From: Octopus vulgaris
Lineage: Eukaryota
NCBI GenBank assembly: GCA_951406725.2
Contig: OX597827.1
Span: 37,510,001 to 37,574,000, forward strand
Direction: 5' to 3'
DNA length: 64,000 nucleotides
In this document: positions 13,940-27,137 of the stretch, in pieces
How positions within the stretch are numbered: position 1 is the first letter of the stretch
Layout of the letters: every line of letters begins with the position of its first letter
The notes under the pieces: generated by a model
What the model saw: the letters and a program-made list of their open reading frames with translations, nothing else
The model's database searches: none
Told to the model about the DNA's origin: nothing
Translations under genes and position numbers: made by a program

Positions 13940-14389
13940 GCCTCTCTCGAGCTGATCTTCCAAGCATCTACTGACTGCTGAGAAGAACTCAAGTCAGGTG
14001 GTCAGGCCACCTTGTTCGAATGCCTGACGCACGCCTCCCAAGAGGATTTTCTACAGCGAACTGTAGGCAAGCGCTCGCAAGGATAACAGAAAAAGCGTTT
14101 CACGGTTGATCATGGCTGGTTTTAAAGCTCATTGAAGAGCTTTGAGATCAACTCCGGTACCTGGGAAACACAAGCTCAAGACCGTCCTAACAGAGATGCA
14201 ACCGCTTGCTAAGAGAAAAGGATCGCTAGGGCACAAAGAAAATGTGAACTGCACAAGTCCATGTACTCGACATACAGTACAGCCTTCCGAGCTCGCATCG
14301 GAATAATCGGTCACAGCCGGTCACATCGAGCCCTGTCTTCTCCCGTGTGATGTCCTTGGTCATCGCCGGCAACGACGGACGAACGACAG
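13940..14389 (+). mobile_element. RTE (BovB-like) LINE 3' end
   Basis: LSRADLPSI..TQVRWSGHLVRMPDARLP..IFYSEL..GKRSQG..TWETQAQDRP..FRARIGIIGHSRSH; tail ggtcatcgccggcaacgacggacgaacgac. Confidence 0.85.
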
Positions 14390-14834
14390 TTGCTCAGCCA
14401 GTAACCGGTTTCCTCAGAAAGTCTGATGAAACTGACTAGCAGCAGAACTGCAAAGTAATTTGTATTTGTGAAAATAAATAAGACATTCTACGTATTACAT
14501 TGAATGTATTGGTGAAACTGAACAAATTTGTTCATTGAAACTTTTGTGTGATTGAAAATTCAGCACTTAGATATAGCCTTGAGGTAACTCTCAAGCGAAA
14601 TCAGCATATGTGTACACACTCACACACACACACATACACGCATGAACGCACACACACACATACACACACTCGTGCACACACACACATTTAAATAGATATA
14701 TACATATATATATATGCGTATGTGTGTACGTAAATAAGTATATTTGTGTGTGAGTGTATGATATAGAGAAAGAGGGATGATACACATACATACATCTGTG
14801 TGTATTAGTGTGTGTGTGTGTGTGTGTGTATGTA

Positions 14835-15227
14835 TTCTTTTATTCTTTTATTTGTTTCCATCATTTGACTGCGGCCATGCTGGAAGCACCGCCTTTAGTC
14901 GAACAAATCGACCCCAGGACTTATTCTTTGTAAGCATAGTACTTAATATATCAGCCACTTTTGCCGCACCGCTACTTTACGTGGACATAAACACACCAGC
15001 ATCGGTTGTGAAGCGATAGTGGGTGACAAACACAGACACACAAACATAAACATATATACATAAACGACGGGTTTCTTTTAGTTTCCGTCAACCAAATCCA
15101 CTCACAAGGCTTTGGTCGGCCCGAGGCTATAGTAGGAGACACTTGCCCAAGGTGCCACGCAGTGGGGTTGAACTCGGAACTATGTGGTTGGTAAGCAAGC
15201 TACTTACCACACAGCACTTCTGCGCCT
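14835..15227 (-). mobile_element. SINE family A, full length
   Basis: Match to family A. Confidence 0.9.
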
Positions 15228-15685
15228 ATGTATGTATGTATGTATGTATGTATGTACGTATGTACGTATGTATGTATGTATGTATGTATGTATGTATGTA
15301 TGTATGTATGTATGTATGTATGTATGTATGTATGTATGTATGTGTGTGCGTATGTATATGTATATAACCTTCCACAATTTCTATCTAAAATTTACACGAG
15401 GAATTCGAAGGATTTGCTATGGTTTCATGATAGAACGTCTGCCATGTTTACATGCTATATTTACACTTTCTTATCTACAACTTTATTTGCTTCGAGTTTC
15501 AGTATTCCAAAGAAGAATTATTTCACATTCTCGATGTTTCTAAAGTATTATTACGTCAAAAACGGTTTTTACTGGTAAGAATAAAATTTCAAAATTGAAT
15601 AGAGAAATTTAAAGCATTGCTTTGGTCCAATGACAGACCACCTATGTAATACGTACGTACGTACATACATACATACATACATACA

Positions 15686-15719
<34 letters not shown>

Positions 15720-15772
15720 CATACACACATGCATATATACACGCACATACATAATATATATATACACACACA

Positions 15773-15809
<37 letters not shown>

Positions 15810-15822
15810 CTCTCACTCTCTT

Positions 15823-15934
<112 letters not shown>

Positions 15935-16518
15935 CATAGCATACACAATTCATCAGATCATATGCACTAATACACGTACTCTTACGAGTGCGCGCACGCA
16001 AATTAGCTATGTAGCTACCTATATAGTAAAGAAAAATATTACATAAAACGAATTGCAAAAAAGGAAAAAAAAAGGAAAGCAAATGATCCAATTCAACTAT
16101 ATGACGTCATTAACATATGCGCTGTGCAGTCAGCGGAAATATATTCTGAGCCCTGAAACATTTCCTTCTTGAAGGCTGAAGTGTTTCCGGGCTGAGATAA
16201 AAAGCAGCGGCCTGTATCAGATTGTACAGAAGAATGGAAATATTTGGTGTCAAGTTTTGGTGTTTTGAGGCACCATTCGTAACTTCCGGCTCCACCCAAC
16301 ATGTGTATGCGATACTTACGTATATGATCGTGTGTACTGTTATACGCATGTAGGTAGGTTTCATAGTGTCTACAGCTACAGGTCTATATATACATACATA
16401 CATATATGCGTATATGTGTGTGTACATATATAAATATTTACTCACACACACACATGTACATGTATGTACACATACACGCACATATTTATGTATATAGAAA
16501 TAGAGAGAGATATGTATT

Positions 16519-16561
<43 letters not shown>

Positions 16562-17439
16562 AGGGAGGGAGCGGTGGGGGAGAGGGAAGGGCATAGTCTC
16601 ATTTTTCTCGACGACATGAAACCGAAATATTGTAAATAAATAATGGTACCGATTATTGGTTGAACATTTTTGAAAAGTAAGGGATCAATAAAATATATTG
16701 CACTGAGACAGCAACTACAGCAGCTGCAGCAACAACAACAGCAGCAGCAATAGTAAACAATTATTTAGATAGTATATCTAAACCCACGCATGCAGTAGGT
16801 GGAAGTGAAGCCGATGCAACTAGATAAATATTGGACAACAACGTCGGCATGTCTAGATAAATACTTATAAGCAAACAGAAAGTTACTGATTAGGTTAATT
16901 ATGGAACAGGGAAGGAAATAGCCGAAAATTATTATTATCAATTTTTTTTATCTTGGAAACAAATACAATATGAATTAGAGGCTAATTACAGTAGAGATTA
17001 AATTTTAGATACGTGCGAAACAAAACGAAAAATAAAACATAAACAAAGGATAATTTCAAAACGGAACCCGGAAATTATTCGCGAAAGAAATGGAGAGAGA
17101 ATCCTCTACATGTTGGATAGATTATTCACTGACCAGCAGACTTCGAGTCTGTCCTAATCAAAATACACCAAATCTTTCCTCATCAACAAACACCAAGTTT
17201 GTCTTTACCTAAAAACTCCAAATCTGACCTCACAGATTTTGTCTCCTTAATCTTCAATTTCTACTACTACTACAGTAGTTTCTATTCATCAGAACTAACT
17301 TGTCTCACACCAGTCCTACTAACTTGCCTTTCCCCGCGATTCTTACTGCAGCTCAAGTGAATACGAAACCGCGTCGATTTCATACCTTACTCCACACCAG
17401 ACCATTTAATACAAAAATAAAAAGAATGAAAAAGAGGTG

Positions 17440-17985
17440 ATTCGTTATGAAGGTTAGTAAAGAGAAGGCGTGAGGCAATATGTTCTGAACTAAAAGCAGA
17501 AACTGAAGTTAACAAAATGAAACACGAATTCAGCATCAAGTGTAGGGTATGTAATAAACAGAAAGAAATAATTGACCACATCCTGTATGGTTGCCCAGTC
17601 CTCACAATGACACAATATGTCCAGGAGATGGCCACATAGGCTTGCTATGTCTATTGAGTAATATGCTGACATTTCGACCTCAAAAATAAAAATATGTGGT
17701 ATAAACATGTACAAACTCGGCATTTGATAAGACTAGAGTTATCTCGCCCACACCTGTCCAAATTAACTATGAAATTAAAGCGAATTTCCCAATAATCATA
17801 ATATAAAGAGTAAAGAAAATATTATATGTATTATGGTAGATATACATTATTTACATTTGACAGATATTTGTCATCTTGTAAATATCCGTCAAATGTAAAT
17901 AATTTACATAATTCCTCATCTCTTAAATACCGAACTATACTATGGTAGATATGTAGTTTCGTTTTGATAAAAATATCACACGGAA
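17440..17985 (+). mobile_element. R4/Dong-like LINE zinc-knuckle/RLE fragment
   Basis: KCRVCNKQKEIIDHILYGCPVLTMTQY (CCHC, from 17538), then WYKH and INYEIKANFP. Confidence 0.7.
17832..17952. mobile_element. Collapsed hairpin element flanked by a 12-bp direct repeat
   Basis: tatggtagatat at 17832 and 17941; internal IR attatttacatttgacagatattt / aaatatccgtcaaatgtaaataat. Confidence 0.6.
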
Positions 17986-18308
17986 AGAAAGCGACCCCGA
18001 AAGGATAAAAGTTGACCTCAGTCTCAAAATGCTGAAAGAACGCTGATTAGCATTGTGCCTGACGCAGTAACGATTCTGTCAGCTCGCTGCCTAACTAATA
18101 ATAATAATTTGGGGATACAACAACGTTACCTAGCTATTCTGCAAATGTCCTCCCCACGTAATTTTAATATTTTAGAGAAAAATTTCTGTAATACACATAT
18201 GAATCTCAATCTTTCTTAGAAAACGACAATAAAAAAGATATGTGCCCTACCGCAGCTATCATTCTTCTGCCTCTACACTCGTCTATTCACTGAGACCGTT
18301 TGCCTTTC

Positions 18309-18584
18309 TCATCTACCTTTTAACAAGTTTGCTGGGAGGTAGTGCCTACATCTTCTCCCTACCATCCTTGAAAAAATTAAGGTTTGGCCGAAGGAGAAAG
18401 GGTCGGTCTTCAGTCCTTTCGTTGCGTCCATGGCACAGCCTTTTTTACCATAGCCACCAGACAGAAGAAAACTGCCTGTCATTTCCTGGCCAAGAGAAGG
18501 CGGCAGGGCGATTATCAAGATAGAATTGGCCAGCATCCAGATCCATCCAACGTGGTTCAACACTTGTTCGACAAAATTCTGCAT
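18309..18584 (-). CDS. Candidate first coding exon of a host secreted or membrane protein (signal-peptide-like)
   Basis: MQNFVEQVLNHVGWIWMLANSILIIALPPSLG-QE: hydrophobic core plus SLG/QE cleavage-like site in a unique GC-richer block; possible phase-1 donors after 18449 and 18317; no homologue recognised. Confidence 0.3.
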   Translation of the reverse strand: MQNFVEQVLNHVGWIWMLANSILIIALPPSLGQEMTGSFLLSGGYGKKGCAMDATKGLKTDPFSFGQTLIFSRMVGRRCRHYLPANLLKGR

Positions 18585-20388
18585 GTCAGTAAATTTCAGA
18601 TTTCATGCAGAATGGTTTCGTATCTATGTTCTCATTTCGGATAGGTCCGGTTGAGAGTACTATCATTCCTGTGGAGTATATCAGTAGTATTGCCAGACCA
18701 TAGATTTCTAGGCGTTACCCGCAGTACATGGGCTCACAGCTGTCTGGAACATACTCGCTTGTTTATTCTTGTCGATAACTACCTTCCCCAAGAATGTCGT
18801 CGATCATCCCTACATAGAATGCTAGCACAGATGTACTAAGTACCCCAACTGAGAGAGGGTTGTCAAGCGCCTGACAACATTCCATATGGCAGCTTATATC
18901 TTAACTTGATTTAGGGAAATTAGTTCTGCTAAATAGGTGTGCTGCAGGAAAATGCACCAAACGAAGTGCAACCACTCCTGTTCCAGAAATCGTTGTAGAT
19001 GCCGCAGCTCAGTGTATATTTACACGTTATCAGCAACAGCGTACCGAGTCCCATGTATACAGGTCATACACATCAAATCGACTTCCTATCAGCCCATTTC
19101 TGGGTGTAACTGATAGCGGCGGTGTGGTGGTGATGTGGTGATGTGAGGGTTGATGTGCTTTCTTCTTGTTCTGTCCAACATGCTGGCTTTTCAGCTTTGA
19201 GCGTTTTTTTCTCTGTTTTACTCTATTTTCCCCTTCGCTCAAAAAACGGCCTTTCAACGGTCTCGCCTTGACCCCGTTGCACAATGAGACCCTGCTGTCT
19301 ATGAGTCCAGGGTCACATAGAAGTGATATGTGTGTGTATGTGTCTGGGTATGTGAGCGCGCATGCGCGTGTATATGTGTGTATGTTGTTGTCATTGCTGC
19401 AGCTGTTGTACTTGTTATCGTTTCTGTCGCTGCTGTGGTTGTGGCGATGCTAGCAATGTAGGTTTTACTTCTGTTGCCCACTTTTGTGATCTTTAAACTA
19501 TAACCCTATATTTTCTGAAGACAAGTCCCGCAAAAGTCGTCTTTGCTTTTCATCTTTCTGTGTACCTACAAATAACTGTAAAATACTGCAAGTATTGCGT
19601 CAATGTTAATCGTCGTATATTGTTGTATTTACTTATATTTTGTGTCGTAGATGAATTTAAAGCCTACAGCCAGTTTTAGTTTAAACATAAACCCTTATAT
19701 CCTTCGTTCAATTCTAGATAAGTTGAAAACATATATTATAAATTCCATGTATGTATAACTTTAATTATATATATAATAGATTTAATCTATAAAAAAAACA
19801 TTCTTTAGAAGCCTGAGGCGTGTAATTCATTGACATCAATCGAAAAATGTATCAAAATTATTTATTAATTACTTCAATTACATATTATATATTTAATGTA
19901 ATTCACATTTGAACTGAACAACAGGTACAAAACGTATTTATAGAAGTTCAAATTTTCAGAAGATATTTATAATGACGCTGTAGGTATTTTACAGTGGGTA
20001 ATGTACAATGTTAAGTCAAGGGTATAATTTACCTGTACAACATGCCAGCCAATTAATAGAGTTTCTACTGCTTTATTCCAACCTATTCTGAAAGGGGGAA
20101 AGACGGCCATCACCGGCTGAAAGGTGTAAGATTTCTCTTCAATAACATACGGGAGAAGGCGGAAACGAATTTAATAGCAGACATCCGACTAATACGGAGT
20201 AAATCTCAGAACAGACAAGATAGCATACATATACGCACACTCATACATCCACAAACACTCATACACGCACATACATAAGTATAACGTATATACGTACTCA
20301 TATACCAACAAACATACACACTCACACATACATGTATACATATTTATGTGTATGTATGTATATTTACACACACTCAAACACAGACACA

Positions 20389-20463
<75 letters not shown>

Positions 20464-20789
20464 GCGTATATATATTTTTCTTAAGTTCAGGACTCATAGC
20501 GTCGATTACCTGGTTTCCATGGCGAACAAGCGAACGAACTCACAACAGACTCCTTGAACGGGACGCCGATACACCGCTGAGGTGAAGGCCAGCCATTTTG
20601 AGAAGAGTACCAGAGTCGATCGACGATATTTGAATTCAGAGTGTAAAGGAATGCCGGAAGAAAACGTTTTGTCCGACGCGTTAATGATTCTATCAGCACG
20701 TACATACATACATACATACATACATACATACATACATACATACATACATACATACATACATACATTCTTGATTGCACCATTCTTTTCCG

Positions 20790-21120
20790 TCTTCGCCCAA
20801 ATTATTTTACTTATTATCGTGGAGGCCTTCCGAGGGGTCCTTTTCTAGTCTCTTGGATACCATTAGGTGACCCCATCGGTCCACCTGTTGTCCGTGAACT
20901 TTGCAACAGCGGACTCTTGCGCTTTTGGTATTTTGCGATCACGCCGTTCATCCTGCTTCGTTCCCAAATTACACCATTTTAGATATGCTCTCGCATTGAT
21001 ATTCCTTGTATGGATCTTTCCATGGTCCTTTCTGCCGTAGCTAATAGATGTTCTTCTTTCTTTGTAGTAGCTTACGTTTTATTTTCGTATAATAACGCAT
21101 GTATGACAGTACTAATAGAC
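20790..21120 (-). mobile_element. RTE-clade LINE C-terminal relic
   Basis: STVIHALLYE..TTKKEEHLLATAERTMERSIQGISMREHI..VAKFTDNRWT..WYPRD*KRPLGRPPR. Confidence 0.8.
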
Positions 21121-22345
21121 GTAAATGCCTTTAGTCGTACCGTTACTCTCTGACATTTCAGCATGCATCAATGATAATCGGTAGAAATGAGAATCTTTAG
21201 TCTGGAAAAAGAGATGTAAATTTCCCATTGCTTTACCATAAATATTCTCATTTTCTTAACGTTGGACGAGATATTCCCATACTCTAGGTAGCTCATCTCT
21301 ACAGCAGTACATAAGATTTGTTTCACATCCAATAGAGAACTATCAGAACTGCTGTGCTGGCACTGGATTACTATTCTTATTGTAATACTACACCAGTATC
21401 CCTTATTTTTTTAAAGTTGTGGATACATTCTGGTTATGGTGTGCCTTTAGTGCGACCATCAGAACAATACTTTCTGAGACTAATGTTATACATAGTTTTG
21501 GTAACAATATCATATCGATATGGAAAAGCAAAAAAGACATTTTTGTGTAGCTGTTGATGATGTGGATCATATCTTCCACACCGATATGGTACAACGGACA
21601 AGTATTTTATTGACTCCAGAAGGCAGAAAGGCAAAGTTGACTTCAGCGGGACTTGAACTCAGAAATTAAAGAGTCGGTATAATACTGATACAATGAATCT
21701 TTCTTCTCAAATTTCAGTTTTAGTAGGTTAATCCAGTTTTCCCTCGGTTTATATGGAATAACTTTATCCTCAGAGTATTCGATCATATAAGGTGAAGGAA
21801 AATCCTAATTGTTATCAAATATTTTGATGTATTCATTTCACTTTACATTCAAAATATTGTTATTTTCATTACTGTGTGTAAGATGTGATGAAAATATTTC
21901 TTACTTAGCTATTCAGTAGGTGTTATCTGAACGATGCTGTGAAGCACTTAATGATTACTTAGATTGACCTTATGCCTTCATCTCCGTACCTCCGTTAACA
22001 CTGGTGACGTGGAAGATATCGGTGGTGGTTAATATACACATATGTTCATGCATATGTACATAAAAAGGAACCCCCACACATTCCTGCAAACCTAAGATAT
22101 ATATACGTACTTGAGTGAAGCTACATTTACACATACATCTACCTATATACACCCATTAACTCGCCCTGCCTAGTGAGTAGCAAAGTGAAGATTCGTAATC
22201 TGTTTCAAAGATTTTCCACTTGAGTTTCCTGAAAATGAATATATACACACAATCATATATGTGCATACATGTGTACATATACACGCACACACACATACAC
22301 ACACACATACACGCACACACACACGCACACGCATACACACACACG

Positions 22346-22391
<46 letters not shown>

Positions 22392-22393
<2 letters not shown>

Positions 22394-22575
22394 GGGAGAG
22401 TTAACGAAAAAAAAAAGACGAAGACAGATGGTGTACAAAAACAGATGTATTAGTATACGCTCAGGAATTGAACAAGTCTTTTACGTTTCGAGCCTACGCT
22501 CTCCTACAGAAAGGGAGACAGAAAAAACAAGGAGAGAAGAAAAAAATGTGAGTAGTGGCTACTGATCTATCATAG
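22392..22575 (-). mobile_element. PLE pLTR-like repeat with a minimal hammerhead relic at 22478-22513
   Basis: Minus strand CUUU-CUGUAGGA-GAGC(GUAG)GCUC-GAAA-CG-UA-AAAG; related copy lacking the core at ~45500-45625 (+). Confidence 0.6.
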
Positions 22576-22597
22576 CGACATAGCAGTCGTTTGCCAC

Positions 22598-22887
22598 TGT
22601 TGTATCTGTCTTTTGACCATGGTTGTCGCTCTGACAGATATTGTTATTTCCGAACTCGTCGGTCATGCAGTGTTATTATCCTCAAAGGGTTAGATCGATA
22701 CAACGTCCACTCAGTATCACAGTATAATTACTATGTGAGACACAGCACAGACACGACTACAGTCTACATGTACTGTCGACCTTCTGACCTTCTCAACCAT
22801 TTTTGTCGACCGGCTATTGGTCTATTTATAATGGCTGGTCACTACCACTTTTTTACCGAGTGGAGTGTACAGTTTCACTATACAACA
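22598..22887 (-). mobile_element. LTR-like sequence (TG...CA) followed by a PBS-like site
   Basis: 8-bp terminal IR tgttgtat/atacaaca, 290 bp; minus strand has tataaata and is followed by gtggcaaacga. Confidence 0.5.
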
Positions 22888-22910
22888 ATATATATATATA
22901 TATATATATA

Positions 22911-23087
22911 TTTATTTTATAGAAGGAGCTTCTACAGGACTAGAACTGTTTCATTCAAATGAAGATGATTTCATTTGAATGAAACAGTTCTAGTCCTGTA
23001 GAACTCCTTCTATAAAATAAATTAATTTACTCTGCCATGTATTGAGTACCTTATTTACTGTGGTTAACCCCGACTCAACCCGGGACC

Positions 23088-23092
<5 letters not shown>
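22911..23092 (+). mobile_element. Half-hammerhead repeat, copy 3, with inverted 5' arm
   Basis: Arms 22911-22963 and 22970-23021, loop gatgat; flanked by (TA)n. Confidence 0.8.
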
Positions 23093-23123
<31 letters not shown>

Positions 23124-23294
23124 AAGAAATGAGGTACTCAGAAATTCGGATGGTTTTATATTTACAGATATTTATTAGTATATTACATGTTTTTATACAT
23201 CATATATAACTTATATCATATATCATATATTAGCGCTTTCATCCATTCTGGTGGATTTTTCAAGTTGAACTAAGTTCCTGTGGAAAAATTTTGA

Positions 23295-23672
<378 letters not shown>

Positions 23673-23842
23673 GTGTGTGTGTGTGTGTGTTGGTGCAAAC
23701 AGGAAGGATAGAACTCAAAATATGAGTACATGTATATTTCTATAAATATTTACCAGAAGTAACAGAGTGACTGGTTACGGCAATATAAACACACACACAC
23801 ACACACACACATATTTGTACATCTGCCTGCGCACAGACATAA

Positions 23843-23882
<40 letters not shown>

Positions 23883-24408
23883 TGTGGGAGTAAAGATGTA
23901 TATATGTATATGAGTATCTATAGTTGCATGTGGGCGCGTGTGTATGTGTGTGTGCGTGCGTGCGTGTGTGTCTTGTGTGTGTGCGTGCGTGTGTGTCTTG
24001 TCTGTATGTGAAGAGGGAGAGAGAGAAAGTGAGGGAGTGTACAATCTACTACTACGTCGACAACAGACCCACCTAAACAATACATGTGTTTATCCTGTGC
24101 ATCATGCTGTAGGCTTGTCTTTCCCAGGTAGCTACACCTGTCCATTGTTGACAAAAGCTGCACATGATGCACTCAAGTAAAATCCGGAAACAGCAGCCGG
24201 AAATTTCACAGCATGCAAAATTTCAAACGGTTTAAAAGTTGAGTTCATACACATGTTCCTGTCGTGAGCTACCTCAGATACAGTCAACCAATAATTGATC
24301 GACTGAACATCATCTTTTTTAGTTAAGCTTAAATGTCCATGCAACTGAAAATCTGTGTTTTTTAAACGAGGGCCTTGTAATACATAATGCATCAATATAT
24401 CATACATA

Positions 24409-24592
24409 GGCGCAGGAGTGGCTGTGTGGTAAGTAGCTTGCTAACCAACCACATGGTTCCGGGTTCAGTCCCACTGCGTGGCATCTTGGGCAAGTGTCTT
24501 CTGCTATAGCCCCGGACCGACCAATGCCTTGTGAGTGGATTTGGTAGACGGAAACTGAAAGAAGCCTGTCATATATACATATATACGACAGG

Positions 24593-24629
<37 letters not shown>

Positions 24630-24871
24630 TGTGTAAACACACCAGCATCGGTTGTCAAGCAATGCTAGGGTGTCCCCCTAGCATTGCTTGACAACCGATG
24701 CTGGTGTGTTTACGTCCCCGTCACTTAGCGGTTCGGCAAAAGAGACCGATAGAATAAGTACTGGGCTTACAAAGAATAAGTCCCGGGGTCGATTTACTCG
24801 ACTAAAGGCGGTGCTCCAACATGGCCGCAGTCAAATGACTGAAACAAGTAAATGAGTAAAGGGTAAGAGTA
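24409..24871 (+). mobile_element. SINE family A, low-divergence copy with internal fold-back
   Basis: Near-consensus head and tail; 38-bp perfect IR at 24633-24713. Confidence 0.9.
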
Positions 24872-24928
24872 TTTAGATGCCTATATATGCACACATGCGT
24901 GCGCATACATATACTCATACACACAAAA

Positions 24929-25141
24929 AGGGGTGCTGAAAAGTTCCTGACTTTAAGGGTATTGCGAAAGGCCTGGCTGGAGTTCTTTTACAGAGATTAG
25001 CACAACTAAAGGACTGTTGCTGTAAGTGTGCGAATCTGAGAGGGGAATATGATTCACCCTCTAGCCACAACAAAATATGTTCAATAAAATTGTAATTAAT
25101 TGATTCGCCTTTATTTTACCCAAAACGTTTTAGCACCCCTC
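24929..25141 (+). mobile_element. Internally deleted mariner-derived MITE
   Basis: aggggtgctgaaaagtt ... aacgttttagcacccct IR; internal CKCANLRGEY resembles a mariner C-terminus. Confidence 0.55.
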
Positions 25142-25163
25142 AAGGGTGTGCGTGTGTATATAT

Positions 25164-25248
<85 letters not shown>

Positions 25249-25250
<2 letters not shown>

Positions 25251-26841
25251 ATATCTGACAGAAGTATGTATACCCCTAAAAAAAATTCAGTAAAATTGTC
25301 ATTACTCTGATAGTTTCGAAGGAAATCAGACGAAATTTATACTGAGTAAAATATATTAAACATGCAAATCTTATACAAATTTCAAACATATGAACGAAAT
25401 ATTAATTTTCAAATGTTACAAAATATGTACACCCGAAAAGAAATTTGCTATATTCAATATTTTATCCACTTTTTTTTACTAAATACAGTTATTGCTAATT
25501 ATTTCAATTCTAATAAATTATTTCTCCTGACATTTTTGCACCGGTCATTGTTATTACATCTGCAGGAATTCTGATTTGTGTACCAGAGTGAAAACCTTTT
25601 TTAAAATTAAAATAGCACCAAAAAGAAAATTTTGTCTGAAGATTTGAAGAAAATTATTTTTAATTTGCGCAAGAATTGTTTAGGATAAACTAATTAGCAA
25701 ATGAATACATATTAGCGTAAACACAGTTGCCAAAGTAATTCAGAAGTAAAACCCACTGGACGGCTAAACAATAAAGATAATTCAGGTCGTCCTTCAATTT
25801 TAATTGCGCGTGATATTCGCCACATCCAACGTTGCGTGACAGACGACAGGCTTCGTACAGCTTCATCTTTGGCCCAAGAAGTGTCATCTGTTAGTGGAAA
25901 GAGTGTATTCACCCAAATAGTTCACCGAAGTTTGAACCAGTGTGGTCTTCATAGACGCATTCCTCGTAGGAAGCCTCTCCCTACTACCAGGCATAGATTA
26001 AGTCGTCTTTCTTTTGCTGAAACCTATGTGAGTAAGGGAAAGGAGTTTTGCAATAAAATTCTTTTTTTCTGGCGAAACTAAAATCAATTTGTGCCAAATG
26101 GTATTAAACGAGTATGGCGACGATCAGTTGAAGATAATAACGACAAATTTACCATGAACACAGCGGCGAAAGTGTTAAGCTTTGGAGATACATTAGTGTG
26201 GCTGGTGTGAGAGGAGTAATATTTACTGAGAGAACAATGGATTCAAAGCTTTATTGTGGCATATTGCAGAAAACAATGTTGAAAAGCATCAAGGAACTAG
26301 GAAAACATTCCATTTCCAACATGATAATGACCCTAAACACACTTCAAAGATGACGACTAAGTTCTTATCAGATAAAAAGGTAAAAGTATTGCCTTGGCCT
26401 ACCATGTCACCTGATTCAAACTCAATAGAACACCTGTGGAGTGTTTTGAAAAGGAAGGTCGAGGAGAAAAATATCCGCAATGTAACAGTTGAAAGATATC
26501 ATTCAGGATGAATGTAAGTCGATTTCATCGGTTATATGCGGAAATTTAGTCGACTCTATGCCCCGGAGACTTAATGCAGCCATTGAAAGCAAGGGCGGCA
26601 CACCAAATATTGAGGATAGCAAATAATCTTTTAGGGTGTACATATTTTTGTATCGTTTGAAAATTAATATTTCGTGCATATCTTTGAAAATGTTTATTGT
26701 TTTGTCTTCCAAACTTGTATAATGTTTGCATGTCTAATATATTTTCTTCAGTATAAAGTTCCTTTTATCTCCTTTGATTTCCTTCGATATCATAGCAATT
26801 TTACTGATTTTTTTGGGGGGAGCGTACATACTTCGGTGAGA

Positions 26842-26846
<5 letters not shown>
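25249..26846 (+). mobile_element. Tc1-like (DD34E) transposon with ~200-bp IR/DR-type TIRs, decayed
   Basis: TIRs ~25249-25450 and ~26617-26846; RRIPRRKP, FQHDNDPKHTSK, WPTMSPDSNSIEHLW, LVDSMPRRLNAAI; several frameshifts. Confidence 0.9.
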
Positions 26847-26890
<44 letters not shown>

Positions 26891-27137
26891 GATCAAACGG
26901 AAGATGTGTATGTGTACAGGCCTTTTTCTTGATCCCCCTTAAAAACAATGTTTTTCATCCGATTTCGTTCACGCTGGGAATAAGCATCACTTATGTTTCA
27001 GAGATGGTCATAGATTCTTCAGATTTTCCATATAATGAGTAACACTTTCTCATGGGTAAATAACAAATACTTACGATCGTTGCTTCAAGGGACATTACTC
27101 TTGATGACGCAGTTATACTACTTTCACTTTGTCTTCT

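Noticed and set aside
16101-16110. CRE palindrome TGACGTCA
   Set aside because: About one such 8-mer is expected by chance in 64 kb; no promoter evidence
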